A DNA stretch of 64,000 nt from Heterodontus francisci (taxonomy: Eukaryota), in assembly GCF_036365525.1 (NCBI RefSeq), contig NC_090382.1, positions 111,448,372-111,512,371 of the forward strand. The letters are read 5' to 3'. The notes under the pieces are model-generated. The model saw only the letters and a program-made list of their open reading frames with translations, was not told the origin of the DNA and ran no database searches. Every line of letters starts with the position of its first letter. The stretch's first letter is position 1. Of the stretch, positions 63,617 to 64,000 are shown one piece after another. The position numbers were made by a program, and so were the translations under genes.

Positions 63617-63675
63617 GTGGGACAATTGAATACAGACTGGCGTTCTTCAGAGCCACATATCGTCGGAAAGATCAG
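63617..63675 (+). CDS. First constant-region exon of the protocadherin subcluster (59 nt)
   Basis: TTTACAG|GTGGGA...ATCAG|GTATTG; phase 0 in, phase 2 out; encodes VGQLNTDWRSSEPHIVGKI. Length and N-x-DWR motif match vertebrate Pcdh-alpha/gamma constant exon 1. Confidence 0.9.
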
Positions 63676-64000
63676 GTATTGCATTTTATTTTTATTTAAT
63701 CATTTTAAATTTAGCCCTTAGACTATTTACATACTGACGTAAGTCACGATTTTTAAATTTATTTCATTATTTATGCATGTTCAAAGCTGATTAGCTTATT
63801 TTGTTCACGTGTGAATTGGTGTTTTTACTTTTGCTTTGTAATCCTATAAAACTGACAGCCTACTTTTTAGCACTGCTGCACATATGAATAAGCAAATTGT
63901 GGTATAAAAATATGGGAATTCCATGAAAATTTTAAGCAACTATGTTCATGGTACATTTGTGCTACGTATATGGCTTTAACTTTAGATGTGAGACATGTGC

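Overview
Vertebrate genomic DNA, very likely from a cartilaginous fish (elasmobranch-type SINE, CR1 and Penelope repeats). It covers the 3' end of a clustered protocadherin (cPcdh) variable region: four tandem + strand variable exons (the first 5'-truncated by the window edge). The three complete exons encode signal peptide, six cadherin repeats, TM and a short cytoplasmic segment. All four end at a phase-0 GT donor. A 59-nt first constant exon at 63617-63675 is missing from the ORF track. The three complete exons share an extended promoter element (ATTGG...TGTGTCGCTGTSTACCAATGAGG) and an out-of-frame upstream ATG exactly 25 nt before the start codon. The introns are full of nested transposons. 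The most striking is a Gypsy LTR element whose RT/RNaseH/integrase core appears replaced by an intronless RBMX (hnRNP G) copy fused in frame to the protease, later interrupted by a near-full-length CR1. Penelope-like elements carry hammerhead-ribozyme motifs, and one forms a ~250-bp inverted repeat. All homology calls come from recognised motifs; no database searches were run.
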